Positions 30,667 to 40,895 of a stretch of DNA of 64,000 bases are shown piece after piece. This DNA is from Bacteroidota bacterium (GTDB lineage Bacteria > Bacteroidota > Bacteroidia > NS11-12g > UBA9320): contig WGNA01000004.1 in the NCBI GenBank assembly GCA_016124755.1, forward strand, positions 36,826 through 100,825, written 5' to 3'. Positions within the stretch are counted from its first letter, which is position 1. Each line of letters opens with the position of its first letter. The notes below the pieces were generated by a model that saw nothing but the letters and a program-made list of their open reading frames with translations, ran no database searches and had not been told where the DNA came from. Made by a program: the position numbers and the translations under genes.

Positions 30667-31533
30667 TTGAAAGCCGGCTACGGAATTCGGATGATGCTGA
30701 TGGCGAGCCTCGTGTTTGCCGGCGTAAATCTGTGCGTCAAACTCGTTCCGCGAATTCCTGTTTTTGAGATTGTTTTCTTCCGGGCCATGATCTCCTTTCT
30801 ATTAAGTTTTCTGATTCTGAAAAGAAAGAAGTTGCCGGTATTCGGGAATAATAAAAAGGTGCTTTTACTGCGAGGCATTTTCGGAACCTTCGCCCTTATT
30901 TTTTATTTCTACACACTGCATGCAATGCCGTTGGCGTCGGCAATGGTGATACATTATTTGTCGCCGGTTTTCACAGCAACCATTGCTCATTTTATTCTAA
31001 AGGAAAAGCTGCAACTGCGACACGTCTTTTTCTTTCTCATCAGTTTTGCCGGTGTATTTATGATGAAAGGATTTGATGCGCGACTTTCCTGGAGTGATGT
31101 TACCATTGGGGTTTTATCTGCGTTGGCGAGTGGTGCTGCGTACAATTGTATCCGATGGCTGAAATTCACAGAAGACAGCAACGTAATAATTCTCTATTTT
31201 CCGATGGTGGCTTTTCCGATTACCTTTATTCTGATGATGGCCAGCACCGGATTTATAATTCCCGAATGGAACGAGCTGGGTTTATTGCTGCTGATCGGAG
31301 TTCTCACCCAAATAGCGCAATATTTTCTCACCCGGGCTTATCAATCGGAGTCGGCAAATAAGGTTGCAGCTGTAACCAATGTTGGTGTGGTTTACGCTTT
31401 ATTGATCGGCTATTTTGTTTTCGCCGAAACGTTCACAATCAACAGTCTGGCGGGAATGGCGTTAGTGATGATCGGGGTTTTGCTGAATATTTTCTGGAAA
31501 CCGAAGAGGAACTTAGAGAAATCGTCGGCTTAA
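30667..31533 (+). CDS. EamA/DMT-family transporter
   Basis: About 10 TM helices arranged as two EamA-like halves. The true start may be the internal MMLMASLV. Confidence 0.7.
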   Translation: MKAGYGIRMMLMASLVFAGVNLCVKLVPRIPVFEIVFFRAMISFLLSFLILKRKKLPVFGNNKKVLLLRGIFGTFALIFYFYTLHAMPLASAMVIHYLSPVFTATIAHFILKEKLQLRHVFFFLISFAGVFMMKGFDARLSWSDVTIGVLSALASGAAYNCIRWLKFTEDSNVIILYFPMVAFPITFILMMASTGFIIPEWNELGLLLLIGVLTQIAQYFLTRAYQSESANKVAAVTNVGVVYALLIGYFVFAETFTINSLAGMALVMIGVLLNIFWKPKRNLEKSSA

Positions 31534-31540
31534 AAGGGCC

Positions 31541-31886
31541 ATTTATTAAATGTTTCTCCACTTCCTTACACCAGCTTGTGGATTATTATTAAATAGAACA
31601 AAATGAATTGTGCGAATTGGAACCTAAAACAAGAATTGGAAAGCGTGGGTGGGCAGTCGGTAAGGCGGGATAGTGTCATTTGGTGGAAAATCGGGGAAAG
31701 TGCTTGTCACTTCTTTCGCCAGATTTTCAACAAATGAGAAAGGGTTAGGCAGCTTTTTTCCGACTTGATTTTTTGCTTACTTTTTTGTCAAGAAAAAAGT
31801 GGGAAGACAAGAGATTGCTCATCGAACCCCAACCAATTTACAATCAAGGTGTATCCAAACGGAGAAGCATTCTTTATTATTCAAAA
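31541..31886 (-). repeat. copy 2 (inverted) of the approximately 345-bp conserved noncoding element
   Basis: The reverse complement aligns with 1230-1576 over its full length. Conserved core and flanking strings are shared (ttctccgtttgRatRcacc ... cgcacaattcattttgt ... ggagaaacattta). Confidence 0.75.
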
Positions 31887-31925
31887 TTCCCGATTGTTTA
31901 CCGGTCATTAATCAAATCGATACTT

Positions 31926-32675
31926 CTATGATTTAACAAATCTAAGAGTTTGAAAAGTCGAATCCGACCAGATCTTAAGTATAAAAATTCCTTTATTCAA
32001 AGACGAAACATCAATTGAATTATTTTTCTCGTCCAGCACACAGGTTAATAACAACTTTCCATTCAAATCGTAAGTCTCACAAATGGATGATCCGATTCGG
32101 GTAGATTCAAAATCAATATGAAGTGTGTTTATCACCGGATTTGGATAAACCTTCAAAATCTCTGAAATTTCTAAAGAATGGATTGAAACATATTTATGCG
32201 AGCCTATTATACAGCAGGTATTATTGAAGTAAAGACTTACTGAATCTGTTTCATCAAAAAGTGGTAAAAGGTTTGGCGGAGCATTTGGTGGCGGAGGAGT
32301 AAAAGAGTAAAACTCCTGAACACAGAATTTAACATTGTCTACATCGTTTGTTCCCTTCATTTTAAATACAATCGATGTTTTCAAACTATCTCCGGGATTT
32401 AGTTGTCTTGAATAGGGCCTCACAACAGGCAACATGCGCCAACCACCAAAATTTAGAGTTATTGAATACATATCGTTTGGGGAAATTGTATCCAGACCAA
32501 GATTTTTTATTCTAAGAATACAACTGTCGAAACCCGGACTGGTGAAAATATGATTACTTGCCGGACTATCAATGGAAATTGCCATATCGCAAAAACGATG
32601 GTTTTGACAAGAGGCTGAATTAGTCAAACCGAAAAATATACAAAACAATAAGCCAATCCCAATTTGATTCTTCAT
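31926..32675 (-). CDS. T9SS C-terminal-domain secreted protein
   Basis: Signal peptide plus CTD (KVYPNPVINTLHIDF...GIFILKIWSDSTFQTLRFVKS). Confidence 0.6.
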   Translation of the reverse strand: MKNQIGIGLLFCIFFGLTNSASCQNHRFCDMAISIDSPASNHIFTSPGFDSCILRIKNLGLDTISPNDMYSITLNFGGWRMLPVVRPYSRQLNPGDSLKTSIVFKMKGTNDVDNVKFCVQEFYSFTPPPPNAPPNLLPLFDETDSVSLYFNNTCCIIGSHKYVSIHSLEISEILKVYPNPVINTLHIDFESTRIGSSICETYDLNGKLLLTCVLDEKNNSIDVSSLNKGIFILKIWSDSTFQTLRFVKS

Positions 32676-32681
32676 AGGTTG

Positions 32682-33458
32682 TTAGTTGGTTACAACAAAT
32701 GTATTTTGAAATCTCAAACCGTTAAGTTCGGTGATTAGATAATAGACACCTGGCAACAGATTGTTAACCGGAACAACAAAGTTCTGATCGCTGCCTGAAA
32801 CATTTGTAACCGTGATGATTTGATCATTTACAGAATATAATTTAAAGGACGGAATTACATTGGGATCGACATTCTGAAGATGGATATTAAGACCATCAGA
32901 ACCACTGGAAAGCATATTGGGATTTAGTGAAACAGAAGGCAGAAATGGAAGTTTTAATTTATCAACTGAACTTGAATAATTGTGTCTCAGCAAAATATAG
33001 TAGGGGTACATCTGGCTACTATCAATCGTTGCTCTTATAACCGGGCTCCCATTATTTCTATCGCAGGTAAAGTATGAACACAAAAGGAACAATTTAAAAT
33101 GATATGTATGATGATCGTTGGTCCAATTAACACCTATGGAATCCGAAAACACCTCTGAAGAATCTCCGGGTATAATTGTTTTTCCAACTTTAACTCTTCC
33201 AATTACTTCCTTATAAGGTCCCAGAATTTCATGTGAAATAATATACGTGAAGGAGTCTGTGGAATAAATTGTATCCTTTCCATAATTGTAGAAACGAAAT
33301 GAAACAGGAATCTGAGCTGGAGAAACAAAAAGGTCTTCTGGTTTTGGATTAATGAACCTGTAACCAATGTTAACCTGTCTTATTTGACCAAGAGCGGAAC
33401 ATATAAAACCTTCTGCAAAACATAACAAAATAAAAATTCTTAAAATAATGTGTTTCAT
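32682..33458 (-). CDS. T9SS C-terminal-domain secreted protein (tandem paralog-like)
   Basis: Signal peptide plus CTD-like tail (ITVTNVSGSDQNF...PGVYYLITELNGLRFQNTFVVTN). Confidence 0.55.
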   Translation of the reverse strand: MKHIILRIFILLCFAEGFICSALGQIRQVNIGYRFINPKPEDLFVSPAQIPVSFRFYNYGKDTIYSTDSFTYIISHEILGPYKEVIGRVKVGKTIIPGDSSEVFSDSIGVNWTNDHHTYHFKLFLLCSYFTCDRNNGSPVIRATIDSSQMYPYYILLRHNYSSSVDKLKLPFLPSVSLNPNMLSSGSDGLNIHLQNVDPNVIPSFKLYSVNDQIITVTNVSGSDQNFVVPVNNLLPGVYYLITELNGLRFQNTFVVTN

Positions 33459-33775
33459 TCGATTAATTGGAGTCTTCTAAGATACGTTGGTGAATGTGGT
33501 TTATTACATCAATATTCTAACTCAGACATTGAAATGCGTTTTTGCTGAAAAATTATATGCCCATCATAGAATAGAGGCTGGCAGGAGAAAATTCTTCGGG
33601 GTATATCACGCCCGCAACCTATAAGCTAAAGCCCCAAAGATTAGTATTCGAAAACGTATGATTTAGAGAGTGCCAAAAAACGGATCGGCATCAGAATAAC
33701 ATGAAGTCACTTATTCCCAAAACATAAAAAGGCCACCTCTTTCGAAGCAGCCTTGGGGCAGGGCAAAAGATGGGT

Positions 33776-34201
33776 TTAGCGTTTATAATTATAATTGAAC
33801 TTTTTACCGTTGGTCTCGAATTCTGTTTTTAGATCCGTTTCCGTGAGCGAAGTGATGTTCATTAAAACCGGATTACTTGTGCCGGTAAACGTGAGTGCAT
33901 ACTGACTTGAATCAGAGCCGGTGAATGCATAATTTCCTACCACTTCCCAGTTGCCGTTGCTTAGAAAAAAGAAAACTCCATCCTCGCTGTAAAGGTATTG
34001 TCCGGTACCATTACTCGTTTTTAAAGCTCCGTTTTCATACGTTTCATCAAGAGTCCAGGTTTGTGCGAATTTTTCGATCGTAGACATTTCAGCCGGAGGA
34101 TTGTTCGTGTCGGTTGTAGTTTTTTTAACCGGTGTTTCGTCTTTGCAGGAAACCAGAATCAATAAAATTCCCGCAAGAAATAATGTGTAAGATTTAGTCA
34201 T
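33776..34201 (-). CDS. lipocalin-like lipoprotein
   Basis: Lipobox LILVSC after the internal Met MTKSYTLFLAGILL. Size is about 140 aa with a Thr/Gly-rich beta-type composition. Confidence 0.45.
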   Translation of the reverse strand: MTKSYTLFLAGILLILVSCKDETPVKKTTTDTNNPPAEMSTIEKFAQTWTLDETYENGALKTSNGTGQYLYSEDGVFFFLSNGNWEVVGNYAFTGSDSSQYALTFTGTSNPVLMNITSLTETDLKTEFETNGKKFNYNYKR

Positions 34202-34337
34202 AATGATAATTGTCTTTTGAACTAAAGAGCTTTTCAATGCGAATTGTGTGGTATGTTTAAACCGGCATTTGACGAGACTTGTGACGACTGATAAACTGAT
34301 TGTGACCAACAACCCGAAACCGGTGACTAACGACGAA

Positions 34338-35042
34338 TTATTTTTCGCTTAACAGTTTGAGCACTTTTTCCCGATACGTTCGTCCGATCGGAAGTTGCCC
34401 CGAATTTTTAAGATTTACGGTAGTTGCTGCCAACGATTCTATTTGGCGGGTATTGATGAGATAAGATTTATGAATGGGTAAAAACAACGGTTCCGGGAGC
34501 ATTTTTAAAACGGCTTTTAAGGCATACCGAACAATTAACGTTTTATCATTTTTTAGATGAAGCCTTGAATAATTCTGCATTCCGGAGATGTAAATAATGT
34601 CTTCAAAATTTACCTTCCGATGTTTGCCATCGCTTTTCAGAAACAAGAAATCCCGAACGGTTGATTTGTCATTTATTGTCTGGAATTCTTTTAATGCCTT
34701 GTTCGCCGCATCGTAAAAACGCCCAAACGAAACCGGTTTTAAGAGATAATCAACCGCATTTACCTCGTAACTTTCTAAAGCAAATTCCTGATACGCCGTG
34801 ATGAAAATTACCATAGGAAAATTGATCAGCTCTGATTTTAAAATCTCCATTCCGGAAGTTCCCGGCATCTCGATATCCATAAAAATCAAATCGATATTTC
34901 CTTGTTTTAAGCATTCCATCATTTCATCGGTGTTTGATGAAAATCCCATAAAATCCAAAAAAGAAATTTTGTCGATAAATGTCTTAATCCCTTTGCGGGC
35001 AATGGGTTCGTCGTCAACCACAAGACATCTTATCTTATGCAT
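34338..35042 (-). CDS. LytTR-family response regulator
   Basis: Receiver domain (VVDDEP, DLIFMDIEMPG, K near position 104) plus a C-terminal LytTR DNA-binding domain. It overlaps the upstream HK gene by 8 nt. Confidence 0.85.
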   Translation of the reverse strand: MHKIRCLVVDDEPIARKGIKTFIDKISFLDFMGFSSNTDEMMECLKQGNIDLIFMDIEMPGTSGMEILKSELINFPMVIFITAYQEFALESYEVNAVDYLLKPVSFGRFYDAANKALKEFQTINDKSTVRDFLFLKSDGKHRKVNFEDIIYISGMQNYSRLHLKNDKTLIVRYALKAVLKMLPEPLFLPIHKSYLINTRQIESLAATTVNLKNSGQLPIGRTYREKVLKLLSEK

Positions 35043-36081
35043 CTGTATTTATTTTAATGCGAATGGAAGTTGAATAAACGTCGTTAATTCTCCCGTGTTT
35101 TAAAGACGCATCATCACCGTAAATTAGTTGCAAACGTTTTCGGAGATTTGATAATCCCAAACCTCCGGAGGATTTGTCGGAAAAGGTTTTTTCTCCGCAA
35201 TTATTTTGAACTTTATAAATCAGATGCCCGTCTTCGCTTTTTAAGTTGATTCGAATAAAACCATCAGCATCGCCCGGTGAATACTTAAAGGCATTTTCTA
35301 CAGGAATAATTAACAGCATCGGCGCGATCTTGAGGTCAGGGAAATCCTCAAATTGACTTTCTATTCGAAAACCAACTTCTTTTCGCACCTGCTGAATGCG
35401 GATGTATTTTTTGAGATATTCAATTTCGGAACGTACCGAAACCCTGTCTTGAGAACCTTCATATAGCTGATACCTCAGAATTTCAGAAAAATCGTGAATG
35501 AGTTTTCGGGCGGTTGCATTTTGTTCATCAATGGAGAAATGAATGTTGTTGAGTGTGTTAAAAATGAAATGCGGATTAATCTGCGCTTTCAGAAATTTGA
35601 GTTCGGTTGCAATCTGCTCCTTTTCCAATTCCTCTTTTTGTCTTTTGGCAAGCAATAATTTTTCGCGATACGAAGCCACGGTAAAACCAATTAATCCGAA
35701 TGCGACAACAAGATAGCTGTCGAAAATCTGGTAACTTAAAGTGTCGAATATGGACAAGAAATGTTCGTTCATCGCACCCGTAGTCATATAAATCAAACGA
35801 TGAAATTCTTTTAGAACAAACACGCCCGATACAAACAACAGCGCACCGGATGATGCCCAAAGGAAGTTTTTAATCCACTGTTTTTGGAGTAAAGTAATCC
35901 TGATTTGTGCGCGCTGATACGTTATAAAAATCAGCGAACAAACCAGAATATCGGAAATCGAATTGAAAATAATCTGAAGGATCTGCATTACCTCGAAATC
36001 CGTTCGGAACGCAAACCGATACGTAATAAAAATGATGAACAGAAGTAAACCGGTTTTAAGACCGCGACGAAATGATTGCAT
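35035..36081 (-). CDS. LytS/YehU-type sensor histidine kinase
   Basis: N-terminal TM helices, His_kinase motif FLKAQINPHFIFNTLNNIHF, and HATPase G-boxes (SGGLGLSNL). Confidence 0.8.
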   Translation of the reverse strand: MQSFRRGLKTGLLLFIIFITYRFAFRTDFEVMQILQIIFNSISDILVCSLIFITYQRAQIRITLLQKQWIKNFLWASSGALLFVSGVFVLKEFHRLIYMTTGAMNEHFLSIFDTLSYQIFDSYLVVAFGLIGFTVASYREKLLLAKRQKEELEKEQIATELKFLKAQINPHFIFNTLNNIHFSIDEQNATARKLIHDFSEILRYQLYEGSQDRVSVRSEIEYLKKYIRIQQVRKEVGFRIESQFEDFPDLKIAPMLLIIPVENAFKYSPGDADGFIRINLKSEDGHLIYKVQNNCGEKTFSDKSSGGLGLSNLRKRLQLIYGDDASLKHGRINDVYSTSIRIKINTDA

Positions 36082-36248
36082 TGATTACAAATCTATTCAT
36101 CCGTTTTTGAACCTGACCGACGAGTCAAATCGTTGGTCAGCGGATTTAAGTCGTTGGTCACATAAAGCTCAATTCCAATAATCGAATTTGTGAAATATTT
36201 ATCGTCGGAATTGAGCCATATTGATTTATTGGAAAGTCCGGATAATTT

Positions 36249-37091
36249 TTATCGATGATTGCCAGCAAGAATTAATTTATTCAAGACGTCTCTTATTTCA
36301 TTTTTAATCACTTCGTTGGTTCCTCTTATGTATCCATGATGTGTATACACTATGTCACCGTTGGAGGCACAGATTACTACACTTGGATAAGACCGCACAC
36401 CCAAATTTTTACTGAACTCAGGCGAGAGAGCTATTTGAGGGCAGAAATCTGTTTTAAATTGTATCGCCTCGTTCCAGGTGTCTTCCGGGTTTAGTGCCAG
36501 AAATCCAACCGAAGATTGGTACTCCTCGCAAAGTTCATTGAGTACTTCGTCTATCTCCAATTTACAATAAGCACAGTTTTTTGTCCAGGAAATTAAAACA
36601 AACGGCTTATTTAATAAGGTTGAAAGCACAATAGAGGAGTCAGTATTCGTCTGTATCCGCTGATCCTCAAGGTTACCAAGAATTAGTTTATTCTTACCCT
36701 TGTTGGATAAATAAAAAGGCAAATAAAGATTTAAAACTATGGATAGGCCAATTCCAGAACTGATGAATAATATTTTTCCTCTGGTACTAACCTGAGGGAC
36801 TAAAACCCCAATCAACGAAAAAACAAAAACGGATAAACCAATATACCAAAGTTGCAATCTCACGGAAAGGACAAAAACCAGGAAGGCCAATGGAAAAAGC
36901 GCATACGCGATTTTATCGGAAGTGTATAGTTCTCCCACCAACCATTTGGTGATAAATCCGAATAAAATAGAGAAAATAAAGAAGGCGATTATAATATTTC
37001 CCTCGGAAGTCTGCCACATCAGGAAGGCGTCATTGCCAATCAAACAAACCAGTCCTAATAAAGATATTTGTGTAAATCGACGGTAGTTCAT
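36249..37091 (-). CDS. membrane-anchored thioredoxin-fold (TlpA/ResA-like) thiol-disulfide oxidoreductase
   Basis: About 4 N-terminal TM helices followed by a thioredoxin-like domain with a CxxC site (SWTKNCAYCK). Confidence 0.55.
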   Translation of the reverse strand: MNYRRFTQISLLGLVCLIGNDAFLMWQTSEGNIIIAFFIFSILFGFITKWLVGELYTSDKIAYALFPLAFLVFVLSVRLQLWYIGLSVFVFSLIGVLVPQVSTRGKILFISSGIGLSIVLNLYLPFYLSNKGKNKLILGNLEDQRIQTNTDSSIVLSTLLNKPFVLISWTKNCAYCKLEIDEVLNELCEEYQSSVGFLALNPEDTWNEAIQFKTDFCPQIALSPEFSKNLGVRSYPSVVICASNGDIVYTHHGYIRGTNEVIKNEIRDVLNKLILAGNHR

Positions 37092-37099
37092 ATTTGTTC

Positions 37100-37768
37100 T
37101 TAATCAATTCCTTGATCCGGATTCGGGTTTAAGGCATCATGTTCGCACATCCCATCACACGGCCAAATGGCCATAAATCCGCATCCCATACTTGAACCAT
37201 CGCATTGCGATTGGGCACAATAGGAACCGAAAAATTGGCAGGCCCCAAACACAGAACCGCGATTACAACCACATGGAGGAGCATTATTCCCACCAGAACC
37301 GTTGCCTCCATTTATAATGTAAGGATCTTGATTATCTAAGTCGTACAAGTTTAAAAAAATAGCAGTACCCAGAACATTACCGATAATGTCTTTATTCGAG
37401 TTGAACCAACTTACCGCAGTATAGAGCCGGAATGAATCAGATTCTGAGCTTGTCCAATCAAATATTTTGGTATTTAAAAGTGGAAGTAAAGAATTGATGG
37501 AATTTTTAACCGAGTCTGCTACCAAATTGCTATTAAGGCAATGGTTCATCTTGTCAATCCATAGTGCATATCTACCTTCCGGAGTTAGATTTCGCAATTC
37601 ATTCCGCACTTCCTCCATGGACATGTTCTGTAAATAAGTGCGACTTGCAGGAGTAACCGATTCATTAGAAAATCCCAAAATATTAGCAGGACCTTCCTCC
37701 CTTTTTTCACTTTCAGAGCAAGCCATGAGCAGGGTAAAAATAGCAAGAGATAAAATTAATTTTTTCAT
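37100..37768 (-). CDS. lipoprotein with Gly/Asn-rich linker and C-terminal 8-cysteine module
   Basis: Lipobox LLMACS, linker INGGNGSGGNNAPP, then CGCNRGSVFGACQFFGSYCAQSQCDGSSMGCGFMAIWPCDGMCEHD. It lies 8 nt upstream of the thioredoxin-fold gene. Confidence 0.6.
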   Translation of the reverse strand: MKKLILSLAIFTLLMACSESEKREEGPANILGFSNESVTPASRTYLQNMSMEEVRNELRNLTPEGRYALWIDKMNHCLNSNLVADSVKNSINSLLPLLNTKIFDWTSSESDSFRLYTAVSWFNSNKDIIGNVLGTAIFLNLYDLDNQDPYIINGGNGSGGNNAPPCGCNRGSVFGACQFFGSYCAQSQCDGSSMGCGFMAIWPCDGMCEHDALNPNPDQGID

Positions 37769-38153
37769 GTTAAATTTTTTTTGATAAAGAAAGATCGTTC
37801 ATCTCCTTTATTAATCATTTACCTGTTTGGAAAAAACTCAACGCCGTATTTTTTATACTGAACGCCGTCTTGAGATCAAAACTTTAACATTGATGATGCT
37901 GTATTCACCATCCCTGAATGTAACTTTAGCATTTACAAAAAAAAAGGTTCTTAGTAATACGTGATTTTAACTAAGCACTCTTGTTGTTGGTGTTATCAAC
38001 ACAAAACCGGACAATTGAACTCCGACCTGATTGCATAAGGAAATCAAACTTATTGGAATAGCTGGAGGTGATAACACCTTACGCGGGAACGTTAGCGATT
38101 AATTTACTCTTCTTGGGAATAAATTAAACATAGCTGCATTAGGACATATCAAC

Positions 38154-40817
38154 TCAATTCGAACTCACTACATTCGGGATATCGCCTTTGCCAATATTGA
38201 GATCTTCGCTCGCTTCTTCTTCTTTAAATTCCATCACGAGTTTCAGTGCATCCGGAACCACATCGCTGCACAAAACAATCAGGCTGCCTTCGGTTGCATT
38301 GCGGATGGCGTATGTAATTGCTTCCCGTTCGCTTGGAATGATATTGATCTTTTTATTCGGATCCACATCGATGATTCCGGCTTTTAACATGGCAATTAAT
38401 TCCTCTTCTGTTTTGCCACGCAGATTTTTATCCTGACGAATAATTACCTCATCAAACATTCGCGCGGCAATGCGTCCCATTTCGTTATTGTCTTCTTCGC
38501 GACGGTCACCGATTCCTGCAATGATCCCGACTTTCGGATGGCCTTCCATCTTATCGACAAACTGTTGAAGCGCTCTCATACCAGCCGGATTGTGCGCATA
38601 ATCGAGCAAAACAGTGAACTTTTTAAACCGGAACAAATTCAATCTTCCGGGAGTTTGTGATGCTGACGGAATAAAGGATTCGAGAGCAGCCCGGATATCA
38701 TGAAGTGAAAATCCACGAACGTACGCCGCCAACACAGCGGGCAAAACATTCTGAATCATAAACACAGCTTTGCCTTCGTAGGTGATCGGGATGTTCACCA
38801 CTTTGGAAACCCGCATCTTCCATTCACCTTTACAAATCGTAACATATCCGTTTTCATATATCGCCGAAAGTCCGCCGACCTTCATCATGGATTTGATATG
38901 CGGATTATTTTCGTCTAATGAGAACAGCGCAACATTGCACTGAACGTTCTTTCTCATCGCATACACCAGTTCGTCGTCGGCATTGAGAATGGCATAACCA
39001 TCGGGCAAAACAGTTTCTGGAATTACCCCTTTCACCCGTGCTAATTGTTCGATGGTCTGAATACCTTTTAAGCCGAGATGATCTGCTGCCACATTGGTTA
39101 CAATGCCGACATCGCAGTGATGAAAACCAAGTCCGGCGCGCAATAAACCCCCGCGCGCGCATTCAAGTACCGCGAAATCAACGGTCGGATCTTTTAGCAC
39201 AAATTCGGCACTTGCAGGTCCGGTGCAATCGCCACTCATCATCAATTGATTCTGTATATATACACCATCGCTGGTTGTGTAACCGACACGATATCCTTTT
39301 AGTCGTGCCATGTGAGCAATGAGTCTCGACGTGGTTGTTTTTCCATTGGTTCCGGTAATGGCAACAATGGGAATCCGGGCATTGGAGCCTGCCGGAAACA
39401 ACATGTCGATCACGTTGCCGGCGACATTTCTCGGCAAACCGGAAGTGGGAGCGAGGTGCATCCGGAAACCGGGACCGGCATTCACTTCGAGAACAGCTCC
39501 TCCTGTAACTTTCAGTGGTTCTGAAATATTGGTTGTTGAAATATCGATTCCACAGATGTCGAGGTCGATGATTTTGGAAATACGTTCGGCCATAAAGGCA
39601 ATGCTCGGATGCACAAAGTCGGTAACATCTTCAGCGGTTCCACCGGTGCTGAGGTTCGCCGTGTCTTTCAGATACAGAATTCTGCCTTCTTCTAAAACGT
39701 CATTCAGCGTAACACCCGCAGCTTTCAGCAGATTTTCGGTGAGTTCGTTTACTGTGATCATGGTCAGTACTTTCTCGTGACCGTAACCGCGTCGCGGATC
39801 GCTGTTCACTTTATCGATTAATTGCTGAACCGTTGATTTTCCGTCGCCGACAACATTTGCCGGAGTTCGTTTGGCAGCCGCAACTAATTTGTTGTCGATA
39901 ACTAAAAGACGGTAATCATCTCCTTTAATATAGCGTTCGACCATTACACTGTTCGACACCTTTTTTGCCGCTTCGAAACCTTTCAGTGCTTCTTCCATGG
40001 AGCGGATATTCACGGTGATTCCTCTTCCGTGATTTCCGTCGAGCGGTTTGGTAACTACCGGAAATCCGAGGGATTCCACCACTTCCTTCAATCCTCTTTC
40101 TGTGCGGATTAATTCGCCTCTTGGAACGGGAACTTCCGCCTGATCCAATAAGTATTTTGTATCTTCTTTATCGCAGGCAATCTCAACTCCGATGCTGCTC
40201 GTCTGACTGGTTACAGTTGCCTGAATGCGTTTCTGATTGGCTCCGTATCCCAATTGACAAAGTGAATATTTATTGAGCCGGATCCAGGGAATTCCGCGAC
40301 TTGCCGCTTCTTCGACAATACTGGCAGTTGACGGTCCGAGTCTTTCAGCTTCGCGGATTTCCCGCATTTCCTGAATGTCGGCCGCCAAATCATATTCGGT
40401 TCCTTTTATTAATGCTTCACAAATTCTAACAGAAGATTGGGCCGCAAATCTTCCAACTTTTTGTTCTTCGTAAGCAAACACAACATGATAAACTCCGTGT
40501 TCTCCATAACCGCGGGTTCTTCCAAAACCAACGTCCATTCCTGCGAGTGTCTGAATTTCCAAAGCGATATGTTCGATCACATGGCCCATCCAGGTTCCTT
40601 CTTTAACGCGTTTGAAAAAACCACCGGGTTCACCTTCACTACAGCGGTGTTCGTACATCGAAGGGAACATCGCAACGAGCCGGTCATAAAAACCATCCAC
40701 CTTATCTGAAGGATAATCTTCCATTTCTTCGAGGTCGAGAGTCATTACGATTAACTTGTGTCTTCTCACAGACCAGTAATTTGGTCCGTTCATTACGTTT
40801 ATTTCCCGGATGCGCAT
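38154..40817 (-). CDS. cphA: cyanophycin synthetase
   Basis: Characteristic N-terminus MRIREINVMNGPNYWS, an ATP-grasp region, a Mur-ligase-like domain (GTNGKTTT), and a length of 887 aa. Confidence 0.9.
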   Translation of the reverse strand: MRIREINVMNGPNYWSVRRHKLIVMTLDLEEMEDYPSDKVDGFYDRLVAMFPSMYEHRCSEGEPGGFFKRVKEGTWMGHVIEHIALEIQTLAGMDVGFGRTRGYGEHGVYHVVFAYEEQKVGRFAAQSSVRICEALIKGTEYDLAADIQEMREIREAERLGPSTASIVEEAASRGIPWIRLNKYSLCQLGYGANQKRIQATVTSQTSSIGVEIACDKEDTKYLLDQAEVPVPRGELIRTERGLKEVVESLGFPVVTKPLDGNHGRGITVNIRSMEEALKGFEAAKKVSNSVMVERYIKGDDYRLLVIDNKLVAAAKRTPANVVGDGKSTVQQLIDKVNSDPRRGYGHEKVLTMITVNELTENLLKAAGVTLNDVLEEGRILYLKDTANLSTGGTAEDVTDFVHPSIAFMAERISKIIDLDICGIDISTTNISEPLKVTGGAVLEVNAGPGFRMHLAPTSGLPRNVAGNVIDMLFPAGSNARIPIVAITGTNGKTTTSRLIAHMARLKGYRVGYTTSDGVYIQNQLMMSGDCTGPASAEFVLKDPTVDFAVLECARGGLLRAGLGFHHCDVGIVTNVAADHLGLKGIQTIEQLARVKGVIPETVLPDGYAILNADDELVYAMRKNVQCNVALFSLDENNPHIKSMMKVGGLSAIYENGYVTICKGEWKMRVSKVVNIPITYEGKAVFMIQNVLPAVLAAYVRGFSLHDIRAALESFIPSASQTPGRLNLFRFKKFTVLLDYAHNPAGMRALQQFVDKMEGHPKVGIIAGIGDRREEDNNEMGRIAARMFDEVIIRQDKNLRGKTEEELIAMLKAGIIDVDPNKKINIIPSEREAITYAIRNATEGSLIVLCSDVVPDALKLVMEFKEEEASEDLNIGKGDIPNVVSSN

Positions 40818-40895
40818 AGACGATAAAATTGAATTGTACCTTTGAAGCCGGTAATTTAATCAAATTATCCGCTGATTATTAGCGCAAAAGATTGT

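Noticed and set aside
31926-33458. Second stop-codon readthrough or split gene, because both ORFs share a frame
   Set aside because: Each ORF carries its own signal peptide and its own complete C-terminal sorting domain, so they are two intact genes in the same frame.
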